Shown: one piece after another, positions 26,233 through 37,206 of the stretch
Numbering within the stretch: the first letter of the stretch is position 1
How the letters are laid out: each line of letters begins with the position of its first letter
Source of the DNA: Deltaproteobacteria bacterium GWB2_55_19
GTDB lineage: Bacteria > Desulfobacterota > GWC2-55-46
Length of the DNA: 64,000 nt
Direction: 5' to 3'
NCBI GenBank assembly: GCA_001797465.1
Contig: MGPQ01000009.1
Location: 65,009 to 129,008 of the forward strand
Program-made: the position numbers and the translations under genes
The notes under the pieces: generated by a model
The model's database searches: none
What the model was told of the DNA's origin: nothing
What the model saw: only the letters and a program-made list of their open reading frames with translations

Positions 26233-29097
26233 TTACCTACGCGACGCTTCCACCGCGCCCTTTATGAGGATAGAAGCCTCCCTAAGCGCCTCTATCGACG
26301 GGTCTTTTATGTTGACGAGCGCGACCCTGCACCCGCGGGAATCCAGCGCCTCCATGTCGCCGAAGGCCTGGGATAACTCAAGCTCTGAAAAGCTGAACGC
26401 GCTCCCGGGTATCTTTATATCGTCCTTCGTCTCGTGGCAGAGGATGAGGAAAACCCCCTTGTTGGCCCCGCCCTTGTGGAGCTGTCCGGTTGAGTGGAGG
26501 TAGCGGGGGCCGTACCCGAACTGGGTCGCCGCGCCAATCGCGTCCCTGAGCGTCTTTCTCAAATCCATGAGTGTCTCGTCAATTGCACGGTCGTTGGGGT
26601 CGAAGTACGCGAGCACGCCAATGTAGTCGCCCTTTTTTATGAGCCCCATGAAGTCCTTCATGGCCTTTTTCACGTCCCCGCCTTTAGCCAAAGGTTTCTT
26701 GATGAGCTTGCAGGCGGCCTCCCCGAAGTATACCCTGAGCTTCTTGTCCCTGATCTCAACACCCGGGGGCGAGATCATCCCCTTCTCTATCGCCAGGAGG
26801 CGCGCCCTCGTGAGCTTCTTCGCAAGCTCCACGTCAGGCTGGTCAAATGGGTTTATGCCGAGTATCTGCCCGGCGACGGCCGTCGCCACCTCCCAGCGGA
26901 GGAACTCTCCGCCGAGCTCGTATATGTCCTTCATCCTGAAAGAGATGACCGGGTGTCCGGCCTCGACGAGCGCCTTGAGCGTTTTTTTGAGGTCTTTATC
27001 CTCTTCCTTTACGCAGATGGAGACGAAGACCCTGTCGTCGCCGTAGTCCTCAGTCCGGCCCAAAGGCTCGCCAACGACGGGTACGAGCCCCTTGCCCTCC
27101 TTGCCGGTCGATTCGGCGACGAGCTGCTCTATCCAGAGCCCGAATGTAGCGGCCTCCCTTGAGAGGACGAAGGTTATCTTGTCCCTGCCGGCTCTGCCTA
27201 ATATGCCGAGAGCGGCGCCGAGCATGACGACCGGGTTTTCCCTCTCCTTCATGCACGGGTGCGTTGCCGCGGATATCCCGCTCGCTGAATGGATGAGCTT
27301 CTCTATGTCTATCCCGGATATGGCCGCCGGCACAAGCCCGAAATAAGAGAGCGCCGAGAACCTCCCGCCTATGTCGCGCGGGTTGATAAACAGCCTCTTG
27401 AACCCGTACTTTCTGGAGAACCCCTCAAGGGGCGTGTCTGCGTCGGTTATGGCGATGAAGTTCCTGCCCGCCTCCTCGCCCACTGTCTCGTATACAAGGC
27501 CGTAGAAGTACTCGAAGAGGCTCAAGGGCTCTATCGTCGTCCCCGACTTGCTCGATACGATAAAGAGGGTCTTTTGAGGGTCTATCTCTTTCGTGACCGC
27601 CCTTACGGCCTCGGGGTCGGTGGAGTCCAGCACGATGAGCGCGGGATATCCCGGGACAGGACCGAAGGCGTTGCGGAGCACGAGCGGCGCGAGGCTTGAG
27701 CCACCCATGCCGAAGAGGACCGCGTGGAAATAGCCTTCTTTTTTGACGCCGGTTGCGAACGATGTGATGGCCTCGAGGTTATCCTCCATGAGGTCGGGGA
27801 GCGTCAGCCAGCCGAGCGCATCCTTTATGAGCCTCCTCTCCTCGGGCCCGTCCTTCCATATGGTCGGGTCCTTTGCCCATAGCCTCCCAAGGAAGTTCTT
27901 GTTCCCTATCTCGTCGATGGCAACTGTGACCGCCCCCTCGAAACCGCTGAGCGCGTAGCTCGCTTCGAACTTCCTATCCTTCATACCCTTCCTCTTCGCT
28001 ACTATCGCCTCGGTTATCAGCCCTTGGGACTTTTTTTGAGAAGCGAGAGCGTCTGCGAGAAGCGCTTCCGTTGTAGCTTTGTAATCGAAGCCGAGGGAGA
28101 CCATCTCGGATATCACCTTGCTTGAAGACCCCGCGTCTGAGGGTTTGTGCCTCGCCTTGCCGTGGTCGTGGAAGGCGAGGAGCGTATGGAGCGGCATGGC
28201 GATTATGGTGCCGTCCTCGGCAAGCTCCTCCACGTACATGGTGTCCGGGTATCTCGTGTTCTTTACGCTCGTGGAGACCCAGAGGAGCCTCTGCGGGTTA
28301 GCTCCCTCGTCCCTCAATCTTGTAAAGCCCGCCCCTTCGAATATCTCCCTTGATTTGAGTAACGCGAGCCTGGCGTTAGCAACAGAGCACCTGCCTAGTA
28401 GGGCCCTCAAGCGCGCCTTCTCGTCGTTCGACGCTGAGGCCGCCACCCGCTCCTCGATCCTCTTGTCGATATGGCTGTCGAACCTGCTCACTTCGAAGCT
28501 CGCCACACTCGCCACATTGTCTATGGGGCGACCTGCCCCGACCCTCCGCTCCAGCCCCTTTACATACGCCAGGGCGGCCTCCATGTAGCGCTCTATGGAG
28601 AAAAGGTGCGTGACGTTCAGATTGATGCCCTCGAAGGCCAGCTCCTCTATGGATGCAATCCCCTCGGAGGTGGCCGGGACCTTGACCATGAAGTTAGGCC
28701 TGTCGACGAGCGCGGCGAGGGCGCGTCCCCCAGAGACCATGGACGCTGGGTCGGCAAGGAGGCGCGCGTCGATCTCCAGGCAGGCGAAGCCGTCTTTTCC
28801 ATTTGAGCGGTCGTATACGTCCATGAGGGCGTCTGAGGCGAGCCTCGCGTCCATCGCAAGTATCCTCGACGCGATATCCCCGTCGGTAAGCCCCTCTGTG
28901 GAGAGCTTCTCTATGTCGTCGTCGTACTCCGGGGTGCCGCTTACGGCCCTCTCGAATATGGACTGGTTGGAAGTCACGCCTGTGACGCCGTACTCGTCCA
29001 TCATCCTTTTTAATTCGCCGGAGGAGACGAGCGCCTTGCGGAGGTTGTCATACCAGATGCTTTGGCCGAGCTTCCTGAGGATAAACAAGGGGTCCAT
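26233..29097 (-). CDS. Bifunctional transaldolase / glucose-6-phosphate isomerase fusion.
   Basis: The N-terminal ~350 aa are transaldolase-like (begins MDPLFILRKLGQSIWYDNL...). The C-terminal ~550 aa are a PGI SIS domain (...DSTDP..., ...GGRFS..SYFGLVP...). Confidence 0.8.
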   Translation of the reverse strand: MDPLFILRKLGQSIWYDNLRKALVSSGELKRMMDEYGVTGVTSNQSIFERAVSGTPEYDDDIEKLSTEGLTDGDIASRILAMDARLASDALMDVYDRSNGKDGFACLEIDARLLADPASMVSGGRALAALVDRPNFMVKVPATSEGIASIEELAFEGINLNVTHLFSIERYMEAALAYVKGLERRVGAGRPIDNVASVASFEVSRFDSHIDKRIEERVAASASNDEKARLRALLGRCSVANARLALLKSREIFEGAGFTRLRDEGANPQRLLWVSTSVKNTRYPDTMYVEELAEDGTIIAMPLHTLLAFHDHGKARHKPSDAGSSSKVISEMVSLGFDYKATTEALLADALASQKKSQGLITEAIVAKRKGMKDRKFEASYALSGFEGAVTVAIDEIGNKNFLGRLWAKDPTIWKDGPEERRLIKDALGWLTLPDLMEDNLEAITSFATGVKKEGYFHAVLFGMGGSSLAPLVLRNAFGPVPGYPALIVLDSTDPEAVRAVTKEIDPQKTLFIVSSKSGTTIEPLSLFEYFYGLVYETVGEEAGRNFIAITDADTPLEGFSRKYGFKRLFINPRDIGGRFSALSYFGLVPAAISGIDIEKLIHSASGISAATHPCMKERENPVVMLGAALGILGRAGRDKITFVLSREAATFGLWIEQLVAESTGKEGKGLVPVVGEPLGRTEDYGDDRVFVSICVKEEDKDLKKTLKALVEAGHPVISFRMKDIYELGGEFLRWEVATAVAGQILGINPFDQPDVELAKKLTRARLLAIEKGMISPPGVEIRDKKLRVYFGEAACKLIKKPLAKGGDVKKAMKDFMGLIKKGDYIGVLAYFDPNDRAIDETLMDLRKTLRDAIGAATQFGYGPRYLHSTGQLHKGGANKGVFLILCHETKDDIKIPGSAFSFSELELSQAFGDMEALDSRGCRVALVNIKDPSIEALREASILIKGAVEASRR

Positions 29098-29366
29098 GAG
29101 GCAAAAGGCTCCTTAAGCGGATTTGGATGTTTTCCCATCCCGTTTATTATATATGAAGAATGGGGGTGAGGAGATAGAGGGACATCGGACGATGGTCCTC
29201 TGGAAATATGCGTGAACGGGGAAACTACCCGGGTAACCGGCCTGACGGACGCGCAATAAAATCCTCCAATGCCATCCGAGAGGCCGGTCCCTTAAAAGAA
29301 GCTTGAAAATTATACGTGTAGCTTCAAACCGTCCCGGAGTCTGACGGTATGAGTATATCAGGAGGC

Positions 29367-31415
29367 CTATAATCTATCAAGGTAGAGGCCCTTCTTGCGG
29401 TTGAGGAGCGCAAGCGACCTCTTGGTTATCTCTTCGACTGTAAAGCCGTACTTCTCGAAAAGCGTCTTGTACGGGGCCGACGCCCCGAACCTCTCGATGC
29501 CGAGTACGCCTCCGTCGCTTCCGGTGTAGCGCTCCCAGCCCATGGGCGAGCCCGCCTCTATCGAAAGCCTTACCCTCGCCTCCGTCGGCAGAACCGATTC
29601 CCGATAGGCCTCGTCCTGCTTATTGAATAGCTCCCAGCTCGGCATGGCGACGACGCGGGCAGCCACACCCCTCTTCGCCAACTCATCGTAAGCCCCGAGC
29701 GCGAGGTGGACTTCAGACCCCGTGGCTATCAGGACGACCTCGGGCTCCCCTTCCGCAGGGTCAACAAGGACATACGCCCCCCTGGAGAGGTTCTCGGCAG
29801 GGGCGAACTTCTCGCGGTTTATGATCGGGATGTTCTGCCTCGTAAGGACCAGCGCCACGGGGCCTCCCTTTTTCGATAACGCCTCTTTCCAGGCAAATGG
29901 CACTTCGGTCGCGTCCGACGGCCTTATGACCGTAAGGTTGGGGATCGCCCTCAAGGCCGCTATCTGCTCAATAGGCTGGTGCGTCGGGCCATCCTCGCCC
30001 AAGCCTATGGAATCGTGCGTGAAGACATAAACGACATGGAGGTTCATAAGCGCGGCGAGCCTTATGGGAGGCCTCATGTAATCCGAGAATATGAGGAAGG
30101 TCGCGCCGTAGGGGACGATAAGGCCGGAGAGCGCCATGCCGTTCATGATCGAGCCCATCGCGTGCTCCCGGACGCCGAAGTGGATGTTCCGGCCAGAGGC
30201 GCCTGGCGCAAAGGCGGAGAGACCCTTAATGAAGGTGTTCGTCGAAGGGGAGAGGTCCGCCGAGCCGCCTACGAGGAACGGCGTCTTTGACGCTATCGCG
30301 TTTAAGACCTTGCCTGAAGCGCTCCGTGTCGCCATAGGTTTTTCTTCTTTTGCAAAAGACGGGAGTAATGACGCCCAGTCCTCGGGTGCTTTCCCGGAAA
30401 AGAGAGCGTCAAGCTCCGCCCCTTCAGCCGGGTATTCCTTCCTGTACCTCTCAAAGAGCCCGTCCCATTCCTTCTCGGACGCGGCGCCTTTGGCAACGGC
30501 CTCCCTGAAGGATGAGAGCGCGGCGTCAGGTATGTAAAAGGTCGGCTCGAGCGGCCATCCGAGCTTCTCCTTGGTGGCCTTTACCTCCGCGGCGCCGAGC
30601 GGCGCTCCGTGGACCTCGGAGGTGTCCTGTTTTGCGGGGCTCCCGAAACCGATGTTCGTGCGTGAGATGATGAGCGAGGGGCGCGTCTTCTCGTCTCTCG
30701 CAGATGCTATGGCGCATGCGATGCCCGAGAGGTCGTTGCCCCCGACCTTTTGCACGTGCCAGCCCATCGCCTCGAACCTCTTGCCCACGTCCTCGGAGAA
30801 GGCGAGGTCGGTCGTCCCCTCTATCGTTATCCTGTTGTCGGAATAGAGGACGACTATGCCGCCGAGCCCGAGGTGCCCGGCCAAAGACGCCGCCTCATTC
30901 GACACACCCTCCATGAGGTCGCCGTCGCTCGTTATCGCGTAGACGTTGTAGTCGAATAGCGGAAAGCCCGGCCTGTTGTATCTTTCGGCAAGATACCTTT
31001 CGGCCATGGCCATGCCGACGCCGTTCGCGAAGCCCTGTCCGAGCGGCCCGGTCGTCGTCTCGATGCCCATCTTCAGGTCGTATTCAGGGTGGCCCGGCGT
31101 GTGCGAACCCCACTGCCTGAACCTCTTCAACTCGTCGAGCGGGAGGTTATAGCCTGTGAGGTGGAGGAGCGAATAGAGGAGCATCGAGCCGTGGCCGGCT
31201 GACAGCACGAACCTGTCGCGGTTATGCCACCCGGGGTCCTTCGGGTTGTGTTTAAGGAAGCGCTTCCATAGCACATAGGCCATCGGCGCGTCTCCCATCG
31301 GCATCCCGGGGTGCCCGGAGTTTGCCGCCTCCACGCCGTCGACGGCCAGGAACCTGATGGTATTGATGCAGAGCGTGTCTTTGTCCGTAAACTCGTTCAT
31401 CAAAGGCTTTTCCAT
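29367..31415 (-). CDS. tkt: Transketolase.
   Basis: TPP motifs ...[11 protein letters not shown]... and ...GDGDLMEG... 682 aa. Confidence 0.9.
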   Translation of the reverse strand: MEKPLMNEFTDKDTLCINTIRFLAVDGVEAANSGHPGMPMGDAPMAYVLWKRFLKHNPKDPGWHNRDRFVLSAGHGSMLLYSLLHLTGYNLPLDELKRFRQWGSHTPGHPEYDLKMGIETTTGPLGQGFANGVGMAMAERYLAERYNRPGFPLFDYNVYAITSDGDLMEGVSNEAASLAGHLGLGGIVVLYSDNRITIEGTTDLAFSEDVGKRFEAMGWHVQKVGGNDLSGIACAIASARDEKTRPSLIISRTNIGFGSPAKQDTSEVHGAPLGAAEVKATKEKLGWPLEPTFYIPDAALSSFREAVAKGAASEKEWDGLFERYRKEYPAEGAELDALFSGKAPEDWASLLPSFAKEEKPMATRSASGKVLNAIASKTPFLVGGSADLSPSTNTFIKGLSAFAPGASGRNIHFGVREHAMGSIMNGMALSGLIVPYGATFLIFSDYMRPPIRLAALMNLHVVYVFTHDSIGLGEDGPTHQPIEQIAALRAIPNLTVIRPSDATEVPFAWKEALSKKGGPVALVLTRQNIPIINREKFAPAENLSRGAYVLVDPAEGEPEVVLIATGSEVHLALGAYDELAKRGVAARVVAMPSWELFNKQDEAYRESVLPTEARVRLSIEAGSPMGWERYTGSDGGVLGIERFGASAPYKTLFEKYGFTVEEITKRSLALLNRKKGLYLDRL

Positions 31416-31525
31416 CCAGACCTCTACATAAAAAAGATTTTTTGGAGATTATTAAAAAAACGGAAGGGCCGCTCCGGCCTTTCCAGGGGAAAACCGTCAG
31501 TCGATGTAAGACCACGCAACCCTTT

Positions 31526-32188
31526 TTATAGCGCGGTATTAGCCCCGGCCTTCGCCACATTCTGTTGCACGGGGGCCTTGAACTCTTCGTTATTCGGGAA
31601 TACCATGCCGCCTGTCATGATGATTTTAAAAGCGTCCTCTACCTTCATATCGAGGCTTATAACCTCTTTTTCGCTTATCAGGATAAAATACCCGGTCGTC
31701 GGGTTCGGGGTCGTCGGGATGAATACGCTTATCATGTCCTCGCGCACTTTGTGCTTTATCTCGCCGGTGGGTTTGTTGGTGACGAAGCCGACCGAATAGA
31801 GCCCGGCCTTCGGGAACTCGACGAGGACGACGCGCCTGAACCCCTGGTGATCCTTTGTGAAGAAGGTCTCCATGAACTGTTTGGTCGCGTTGTAGACGAT
31901 ACGGAGGACCGGTATCTTCAAAAGGGCCCTCTCGCCGAGGCCAAGGAGCCTTTTACCAAAAAAATTAGTGGCTATGACCCCTATTATCAATATGAGGGCT
32001 ATGGTGACGATGATCCCGAGCCCCGGGACATGCACCGGGAGGAAATTGTCCGGGTGGAACGAGGACGGCATAAGAAGAAAGACGCCGTCCATGAAACTCA
32101 CGATGAGCGAGAGCACGTAGACGGTAATATAGAGCGGCACCACGACGAGGAGCCCTGCTATGAAATAAGCCCTCAGGCCCTTTTTCAT
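31526..32188 (-). CDS. DUF502-family membrane protein.
   Basis: Two N-terminal TM helices and the conserved motif ...[16 protein letters not shown]... The stop overlaps the panD start. Confidence 0.55.
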   Translation of the reverse strand: MKKGLRAYFIAGLLVVVPLYITVYVLSLIVSFMDGVFLLMPSSFHPDNFLPVHVPGLGIIVTIALILIIGVIATNFFGKRLLGLGERALLKIPVLRIVYNATKQFMETFFTKDHQGFRRVVLVEFPKAGLYSVGFVTNKPTGEIKHKVREDMISVFIPTTPNPTTGYFILISEKEVISLDMKVEDAFKIIMTGGMVFPNNEEFKAPVQQNVAKAGANTAL

Positions 32189-32565
32189 ATCGAAGAGCCT
32201 GCGAGGACCGCGCTTACCTTCCTTATCGAATTACTGCCGTCGACGTAGATGAGCGCAGGGGCGTGCCCGAGGGCCTCCTTGTCCTCGTAGACCGAGTAGG
32301 ACGCGATAATTACGAGGTCGCCTTTTCTGGCGAGGTGCGCGGCGGCCCCGTTTATGGAGATCGTCCCGCTCCCGCGCTCGGCCTTTATCGCATAGGTCGT
32401 GAGGCGGTTCCCGTTGCTGATGTCGTATATCTGGACCTGCTCGAATTCAAATATGCCGGCGGCCTCCATGAGGGCCTCGTCAATAGCGACAGACCCCTCG
32501 TAGTCGATATTGGCGTCAGTGACAGTCGCCCTGTGTATCTTGCTCTTTAACATCACGCGTTGCAT
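32185..32565 (-). CDS. panD: Aspartate 1-decarboxylase.
   Basis: Begins [25 protein letters not shown]... The pyruvoyl-precursor Gly-Ser is present. Confidence 0.9.
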   Translation of the reverse strand: MQRVMLKSKIHRATVTDANIDYEGSVAIDEALMEAAGIFEFEQVQIYDISNGNRLTTYAIKAERGSGTISINGAAAHLARKGDLVIIASYSVYEDKEALGHAPALIYVDGSNSIRKVSAVLAGSSI

Positions 32566-32586
32566 GGCGTTCGTATATCCTCCCGG

Positions 32587-33453
32587 TTATGCTCGGACCC
32601 TTGTTGAGACCAGAGTGTTGTCTATGAGCCGCGCGCCTCCGATACGGACGGCGAGCGCGACGAGCGCCTCATCTTCTATTTTGTCGAGGTCCTCAAGCGA
32701 TTCCTTATCGCATACCCTCAGATACTCTATCACGGCTACCGGCTCTTTCTCTATAATTTTTTTCATTATCTCAATCAAATCAGTGGCTTGCCGTACTCCG
32801 GAGGACGCCCCCCCGGACGCGGCCTCTAATGCCGCAGGGATGCATCTCGCGGCCTCTCTTTCGGATTCCGACAAGTACGCGTTTCTGGAACTCATGGCGA
32901 GCCCGTCTCTCTCCCTTACAGTCTCGACCCCGACGATTGCGACGCCGAGGTTCAAGTCCATCGTCATCCTCTCTATTATCTTCAACTGCTGAAAGTCTTT
33001 TTTCCCGAATACCGCGATGTCGGGCAGAACCATGTTGAAGAGCTTGAGCACTACCGTCGCCACACCCCTGAAGTGGCCGGGCCTCGTCTCGCCGCAGAGG
33101 TGTTTCGAAAGGACCGCTACCTCAACGAACGTCTCAAACCCCTCTGGGTAGACGTCGTCAACGCCGGGCGTGAATACTGCGTCCACCCCCTCCTCCCCCG
33201 CCATTTTCAAGTCTCTGTCCATGTCCCGCGGATAGGAGGAGAGGTCCTCTTTAGGGCCGAACTGAGTCGGGTTTACGAATATGCTCAATACGAGAAGTCC
33301 GTCTTTGCCCACGGCCTTTCGTCCGGCCTTAAGGAGCTCCCTGTGGCCGTCGTGGAGGAACCCCATTGTGGGGACAAAGACGACCTTTTGCCCTTCAGCC
33401 TTTACAGCCTTCGAACGCGCCTGCATGAGGGAGACTTCTTTTATTATTTCCAT
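32587..33453 (-). CDS. panC: Pantoate--beta-alanine ligase.
   Basis: ...VPTMGFLHDGH..., ...SIFVNPTQF... Confidence 0.9.
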   Translation of the reverse strand: MEIIKEVSLMQARSKAVKAEGQKVVFVPTMGFLHDGHRELLKAGRKAVGKDGLLVLSIFVNPTQFGPKEDLSSYPRDMDRDLKMAGEEGVDAVFTPGVDDVYPEGFETFVEVAVLSKHLCGETRPGHFRGVATVVLKLFNMVLPDIAVFGKKDFQQLKIIERMTMDLNLGVAIVGVETVRERDGLAMSSRNAYLSESEREAARCIPAALEAASGGASSGVRQATDLIEIMKKIIEKEPVAVIEYLRVCDKESLEDLDKIEDEALVALAVRIGGARLIDNTLVSTRVRA

Positions 33454-33472
33454 GGTCCATAATCTCCCCTCC

Positions 33473-33493
33473 CCCTCTTTAGAAAAGAGGGGT
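33473..33493. repeat. Palindromic element CCCCTCTTTAGAAAAGAGGGG, copy 2, between panB and panC.
   Basis: Exact 21-mer match to 14190..14210. Confidence 0.7.
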
Positions 33494-33507
33494 CAAAAAC
33501 TTCTAAA

Positions 33508-34320
33508 TCAGTAGGTATGTTCCTTCGAGGGAAACCTCCCCTCATTAACGTCCTTTATGAACTCCCCAACCGCAAGCGAGATTATCCTGTTGAGGTCCGC
33601 GTACTTTTTGACGAACCTCGGGACCCTGTTGCCTGCCATGAGGCCGAGCATGTCGTTTACTACGAGGACCTGCCCGTCGCAGTCCGGGCCCGCGCCTATG
33701 CCGATAGTAGGGATGGAGAGAGACGCGGTTATCTCCTTAGCGAGAGAGGCGGGTATGCCTTCAAGAACTATCGCGAAGGCCCCTGCCTCCTCTATCGAGC
33801 GCGCGTCATCCATCAATGCCTCGGCGTCCGTCTTGGATTTACCCTGTACCCTGTATCCGCCCATCCTGTGTATCGATTGCGGCGTAAGGCCGATGTGCCC
33901 CATTACAGGGACGTCCATATCGGTTATCGCCCTTATGGTATCGGCGGCCTTCGTGCCGCCTTCGAGCTTGACCGCCTCTGCCCCGCCTTCTTTGATAAGC
34001 CTGCAGGCGTTCCTCTTGGCCTCTTTCCTGCTCACCTGGTATGAGGCAAAAGGCATGTCTGCGACGACAAGGGCCGAGGCCCTCCCCCTCGCGACCGCCC
34101 GGCAATGGTATGTCATCTCATCGAGCGTAACCGGGAGCGTCGTCTCGTAGCCCGCCTCGACCATGCCGCAGGAGTCGCCGACGAGCAATACCGGTATCCC
34201 CGCCTCGTCGAGCACCCTCGCGGTCTGGAAGTCGTATGCGGTAAGGACAGGTATCTTTCTCCCTTCCGCCTTCATCTTGAGGATTTCGGGTACAGTTATC
34301 TTCTTCATGCGCATCTCCAC
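33508..34320 (-). CDS. panB: 3-methyl-2-oxobutanoate hydroxymethyltransferase.
   Basis: Characteristic motifs ...LTAYDFQTARVLDEAGIPVLLVGDS... and ...VKLEGG... Confidence 0.9.
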   Translation of the reverse strand: MEMRMKKITVPEILKMKAEGRKIPVLTAYDFQTARVLDEAGIPVLLVGDSCGMVEAGYETTLPVTLDEMTYHCRAVARGRASALVVADMPFASYQVSRKEAKRNACRLIKEGGAEAVKLEGGTKAADTIRAITDMDVPVMGHIGLTPQSIHRMGGYRVQGKSKTDAEALMDDARSIEEAGAFAIVLEGIPASLAKEITASLSIPTIGIGAGPDCDGQVLVVNDMLGLMAGNRVPRFVKKYADLNRIISLAVGEFIKDVNEGRFPSKEHTY

Positions 34321-34401
34321 AGATATTGAAAAAGTCCATCCATGGCTTTTTCAACTACCATCCATGTATTGCCTTGGCAGGGTGTCTTTCAACACCCTGC
34401 C

Positions 34402-34440
34402 AACTAAAAGACCTTCCGCGAAAGCCCCGGAAGGTCCATG
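34402..34440 (-). terminator. Probable intrinsic terminator after the deoxynucleoside kinase gene.
   Basis: Minus-strand hairpin GACCTTCCG-gggctttcg-CGGAAGGTC followed by TTTTAGTT. Confidence 0.45.
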
Positions 34441-34513
34441 TATCAGAAAACTGCCATATGGCCAAAGGCCCGGTATAACATTATAGACTAAAAAAGCCCT
34501 TTATACAACGGCT

Positions 34514-35170
34514 TTAAAGGCTTTTCAGTTGCCTGGAGGAGAGCGGGATGTAGTGTTGCGACCCGCCCTTCATGGTCTTTATCTCTTTTACGAGGTTGGT
34601 GAGGTCCTCGGGGGTATTGACAAAGTCTATCTCTGTCGTGTTGACGACGAGGAGCGGCGTGTCGGTATAATAGAAGAAGTACCTGTTGTACGCGTCGATG
34701 AGCTTCTCAAGATAACCCTCTTTTATCCCCTGCTCGTAATCGAGGTTTCTCCTGCCGATCCTTTCAAGGAGGATGTCTGTCGAGGCCTGGAGGTATATGA
34801 CGAGGTCGGGTTTCGGTATGCGGGTGTCGAGGAGCCTGTATACCTGCTCGTAGAGGCTCAGTTCGTTCTCGTCGAGGTTCAGGTACGCGAATATCCTGTC
34901 CTTGGCGAAGAGGTAGTCTGAGATGACCGTCGAGCTGAAGAGCTCCTGCTGGGTCATCTCCTTCTGTTGCTGGTACCTGCTTATGAGGAAAAAGAGCTGT
35001 GTCTGAAAGGCGTACTTCTTTATGTCGCCGTAGAACTTCGGCAGGAACGGGTTGGCGTCTACCTCCTCAATGAGGGTCCTGCCACCCAGTTCCTTGGCAA
35101 GCAGCTCCGCGAGGCTCGATTTGCCGACCCCTATCGGGCCTTCTATCGCGATATATCTCGATTTTTCCAT
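34514..35170 (-). CDS. Deoxynucleoside kinase (dAK/dGK family).
   Basis: P-loop IAIEGPIGVGKSS, plus ...ERY... and ...DRIFA... motifs. Confidence 0.7.
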   Translation of the reverse strand: MEKSRYIAIEGPIGVGKSSLAELLAKELGGRTLIEEVDANPFLPKFYGDIKKYAFQTQLFFLISRYQQQKEMTQQELFSSTVISDYLFAKDRIFAYLNLDENELSLYEQVYRLLDTRIPKPDLVIYLQASTDILLERIGRRNLDYEQGIKEGYLEKLIDAYNRYFFYYTDTPLLVVNTTEIDFVNTPEDLTNLVKEIKTMKGGSQHYIPLSSRQLKSL

Positions 35171-35275
35171 TTATATTATGGGGGATACGCCTAAAGGAGG
35201 ATTACACCAAGTTATCCCAGGCAAAGGGAAAAGTCAAGGGCGTATAAGGCTCTTTTACGCGTAAAAAGGATGTTT

Positions 35276-36184
35276 TCAAGGAATGTCTCCACTCTGAGCG
35301 GTGAGCGCAAAAAACGCGCGGGTAAGCGCGGCGAATTCATCGATTGATAGCGTCTCCCCCCTCCTCCCGGGGTCGATCCCCGCATGAAAAAGCGCTTCAG
35401 CGACGACCGCCTTTTCGTATCCGAGGAAAACGAGCGAATTTAAAAGCGTCTTCCTCCGCGTGCCGAAAGAAGCCCTGACGACGGCCTTGAAAAGCCGCTC
35501 GTCTGCTATCTCGACCTTCGGCTCGTCGAGCACCTTAAACACGACGACGCTGGACGTGACCTTCGGCGGCGGCGTGAAGAGGTGCGCCGGGATGTTGAAG
35601 GCGATCTTCGCCTCCGTAAACGCCTGCGCGTAGACCGAAAGCGTCCCGTACTCCTTTGTGGAGGGATGGGCTACTATCCTCTCGGCCACCTCTTTCTGGA
35701 ACATGAGGACGAGGACTGAAAAGGCCGCCCGTTCCTCGAGGAACTTGGCGAGTAGCGGGCCGGAGATGTTGTACGGGAGGTTCGATACGGCTTTGAGCCT
35801 TGTACCGATTCCGCCGGAGAACTCCGCAAAAGACACTTTGAGGGCGTCTCCGGTCACGAGGCGGAGCTTATCCGTAGTAAAAACGCCCTTAAGATAACCG
35901 GATAATGCCCTGTCAGCCTCGACGGCCACGACAGTAGCCCCGGTCTCAAGCAACGCGCCGGTGAGCGCGCCCCTGCCCGGCCCGATTTCAAGTACGGTGT
36001 CTCCCTCTTTTACGGCGCCGGCCGAAACGATCTTCCGGATGATGTTCTTGTCTTTCAGGAAGTGCTGTCCGAGACGCTTCTTCGGAAAATGGAGCCTCGA
36101 AACGCCACACTCGTCCTCTTTCTTCCCGCGCCTGCCGTTTCCTTCGCTATACATCTTAGAACCCCTCCCATGTGGGGAGCGCAT
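35276..36184 (-). CDS. rsmA: 16S rRNA (adenine1518/1519-N6)-dimethyltransferase RsmA/KsgA.
   Basis: LGQHFLKD...VLEIGPGRGALT. The N-terminal extension in the longest ORF is probably not translated. Overlaps tsaD by 29 nt. Confidence 0.8.
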   Translation of the reverse strand: MRSPHGRGSKMYSEGNGRRGKKEDECGVSRLHFPKKRLGQHFLKDKNIIRKIVSAGAVKEGDTVLEIGPGRGALTGALLETGATVVAVEADRALSGYLKGVFTTDKLRLVTGDALKVSFAEFSGGIGTRLKAVSNLPYNISGPLLAKFLEERAAFSVLVLMFQKEVAERIVAHPSTKEYGTLSVYAQAFTEAKIAFNIPAHLFTPPPKVTSSVVVFKVLDEPKVEIADERLFKAVVRASFGTRRKTLLNSLVFLGYEKAVVAEALFHAGIDPGRRGETLSIDEFAALTRAFFALTAQSGDIP

Positions 36185-37172
36185 TCATGTCTATCGACCC
36201 TATAATCCCTTTTTTCAACTGATGATAACCGAGGGCGGCCGCTACCGCGCCGTTGTCCGAGCAGTATTTGGGCGGCGGGATAAAGAGCCTTGCGCCAACG
36301 GACGCGGCCATTACAGCGGCCTTTGTCCGGAGCCTCGAGTTGCAGGCGACCCCGCCGGAGATTATAAGGTCGTTTGAGCCGGTCTTTTCAAGCGCCCAGA
36401 GGGCCTTTGTGACGAGCGTGTCGATTGCCGCCTCCTGAAAGCTGGCGGCGAGGTCGGGGATACCTTCCGGAGAAAGAGACCCCTTCGACCTTACGAAGTT
36501 AAGGACAGCGGTCTTCAATCCGCTGAAACTGAAATCGAGCGACCCTTTCGAGATAAGGGGGCGCGTGAATCGGTGAGAGTCCGCGTTGCCGTCTCGCGCG
36601 ACCCTGTCTATCGCCGCCCCGCCCGGGTATCCGAGACCGATGAGCTTGGCTACCTTGTCAAAGGCCTCGCCTGCCGCGTCATCGAGCGTTGTGCCTATTA
36701 TCTCGTACTCGGTATGGGCTTTAAGGAGGAGGAGTGTGGTGTGCCCGCCGGAGACTATCATGGCTATGGCGGGAAAACCGGGGACATCTTTATCCTCGTT
36801 GCGCCCCTTGAGGAACGCGGCGAACGGGTGCGCCTCTATGTGGTTCACGCCGGTGAAGGGTATCCTGGCCGCATATGAGACGGCCTTGGCGAAGGTGAGG
36901 CCGATAAGGAGGGAGCCGACGAGCCCCGGCCCCTGCGTTACAGCTATGCCGCCTATGTCGTTGAGCGCGACACCGGCAGATGAAAGCGCCTCCTCGACGA
37001 CAGGTATTATCGAATCGATGTGTCTACGCGAGGCGAGCTCAGGGACGACGCCGCCGTATTTGGCGTGGATGAAGTCCTGGGAGGAGACTACGGATGAGAG
37101 GACGATCGATCCGTCCTCCACCACAGCCGCGCCGGTATCGTCGCACGAGGATTCTATGCCGAGTATGAGCAT
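36156..37172 (-). CDS. tsaD: tRNA N6-adenosine threonylcarbamoyltransferase.
   Basis: Begins MLILGIESSCDDTGAAVV... The HxxxH metal site is at VNHIEAHPFAA. Kae1/TsaD family. Confidence 0.85.
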   Translation of the reverse strand: MLILGIESSCDDTGAAVVEDGSIVLSSVVSSQDFIHAKYGGVVPELASRRHIDSIIPVVEEALSSAGVALNDIGGIAVTQGPGLVGSLLIGLTFAKAVSYAARIPFTGVNHIEAHPFAAFLKGRNEDKDVPGFPAIAMIVSGGHTTLLLLKAHTEYEIIGTTLDDAAGEAFDKVAKLIGLGYPGGAAIDRVARDGNADSHRFTRPLISKGSLDFSFSGLKTAVLNFVRSKGSLSPEGIPDLAASFQEAAIDTLVTKALWALEKTGSNDLIISGGVACNSRLRTKAAVMAASVGARLFIPPPKYCSDNGAVAAALGYHQLKKGIIGSIDMNALPTWEGF

Positions 37173-37206
37173 GTGAGAGAATTATTATCGCTTGCGGAAA
37201 ATATAT

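Noticed and set aside
34321-34513. The intergenic region between dNK and panB as a small RNA gene.
   Set aside because: Its two hairpins are adequately explained as a terminator for dNK (with a T-run) and the panB promoter region. There is no further conservation signal.
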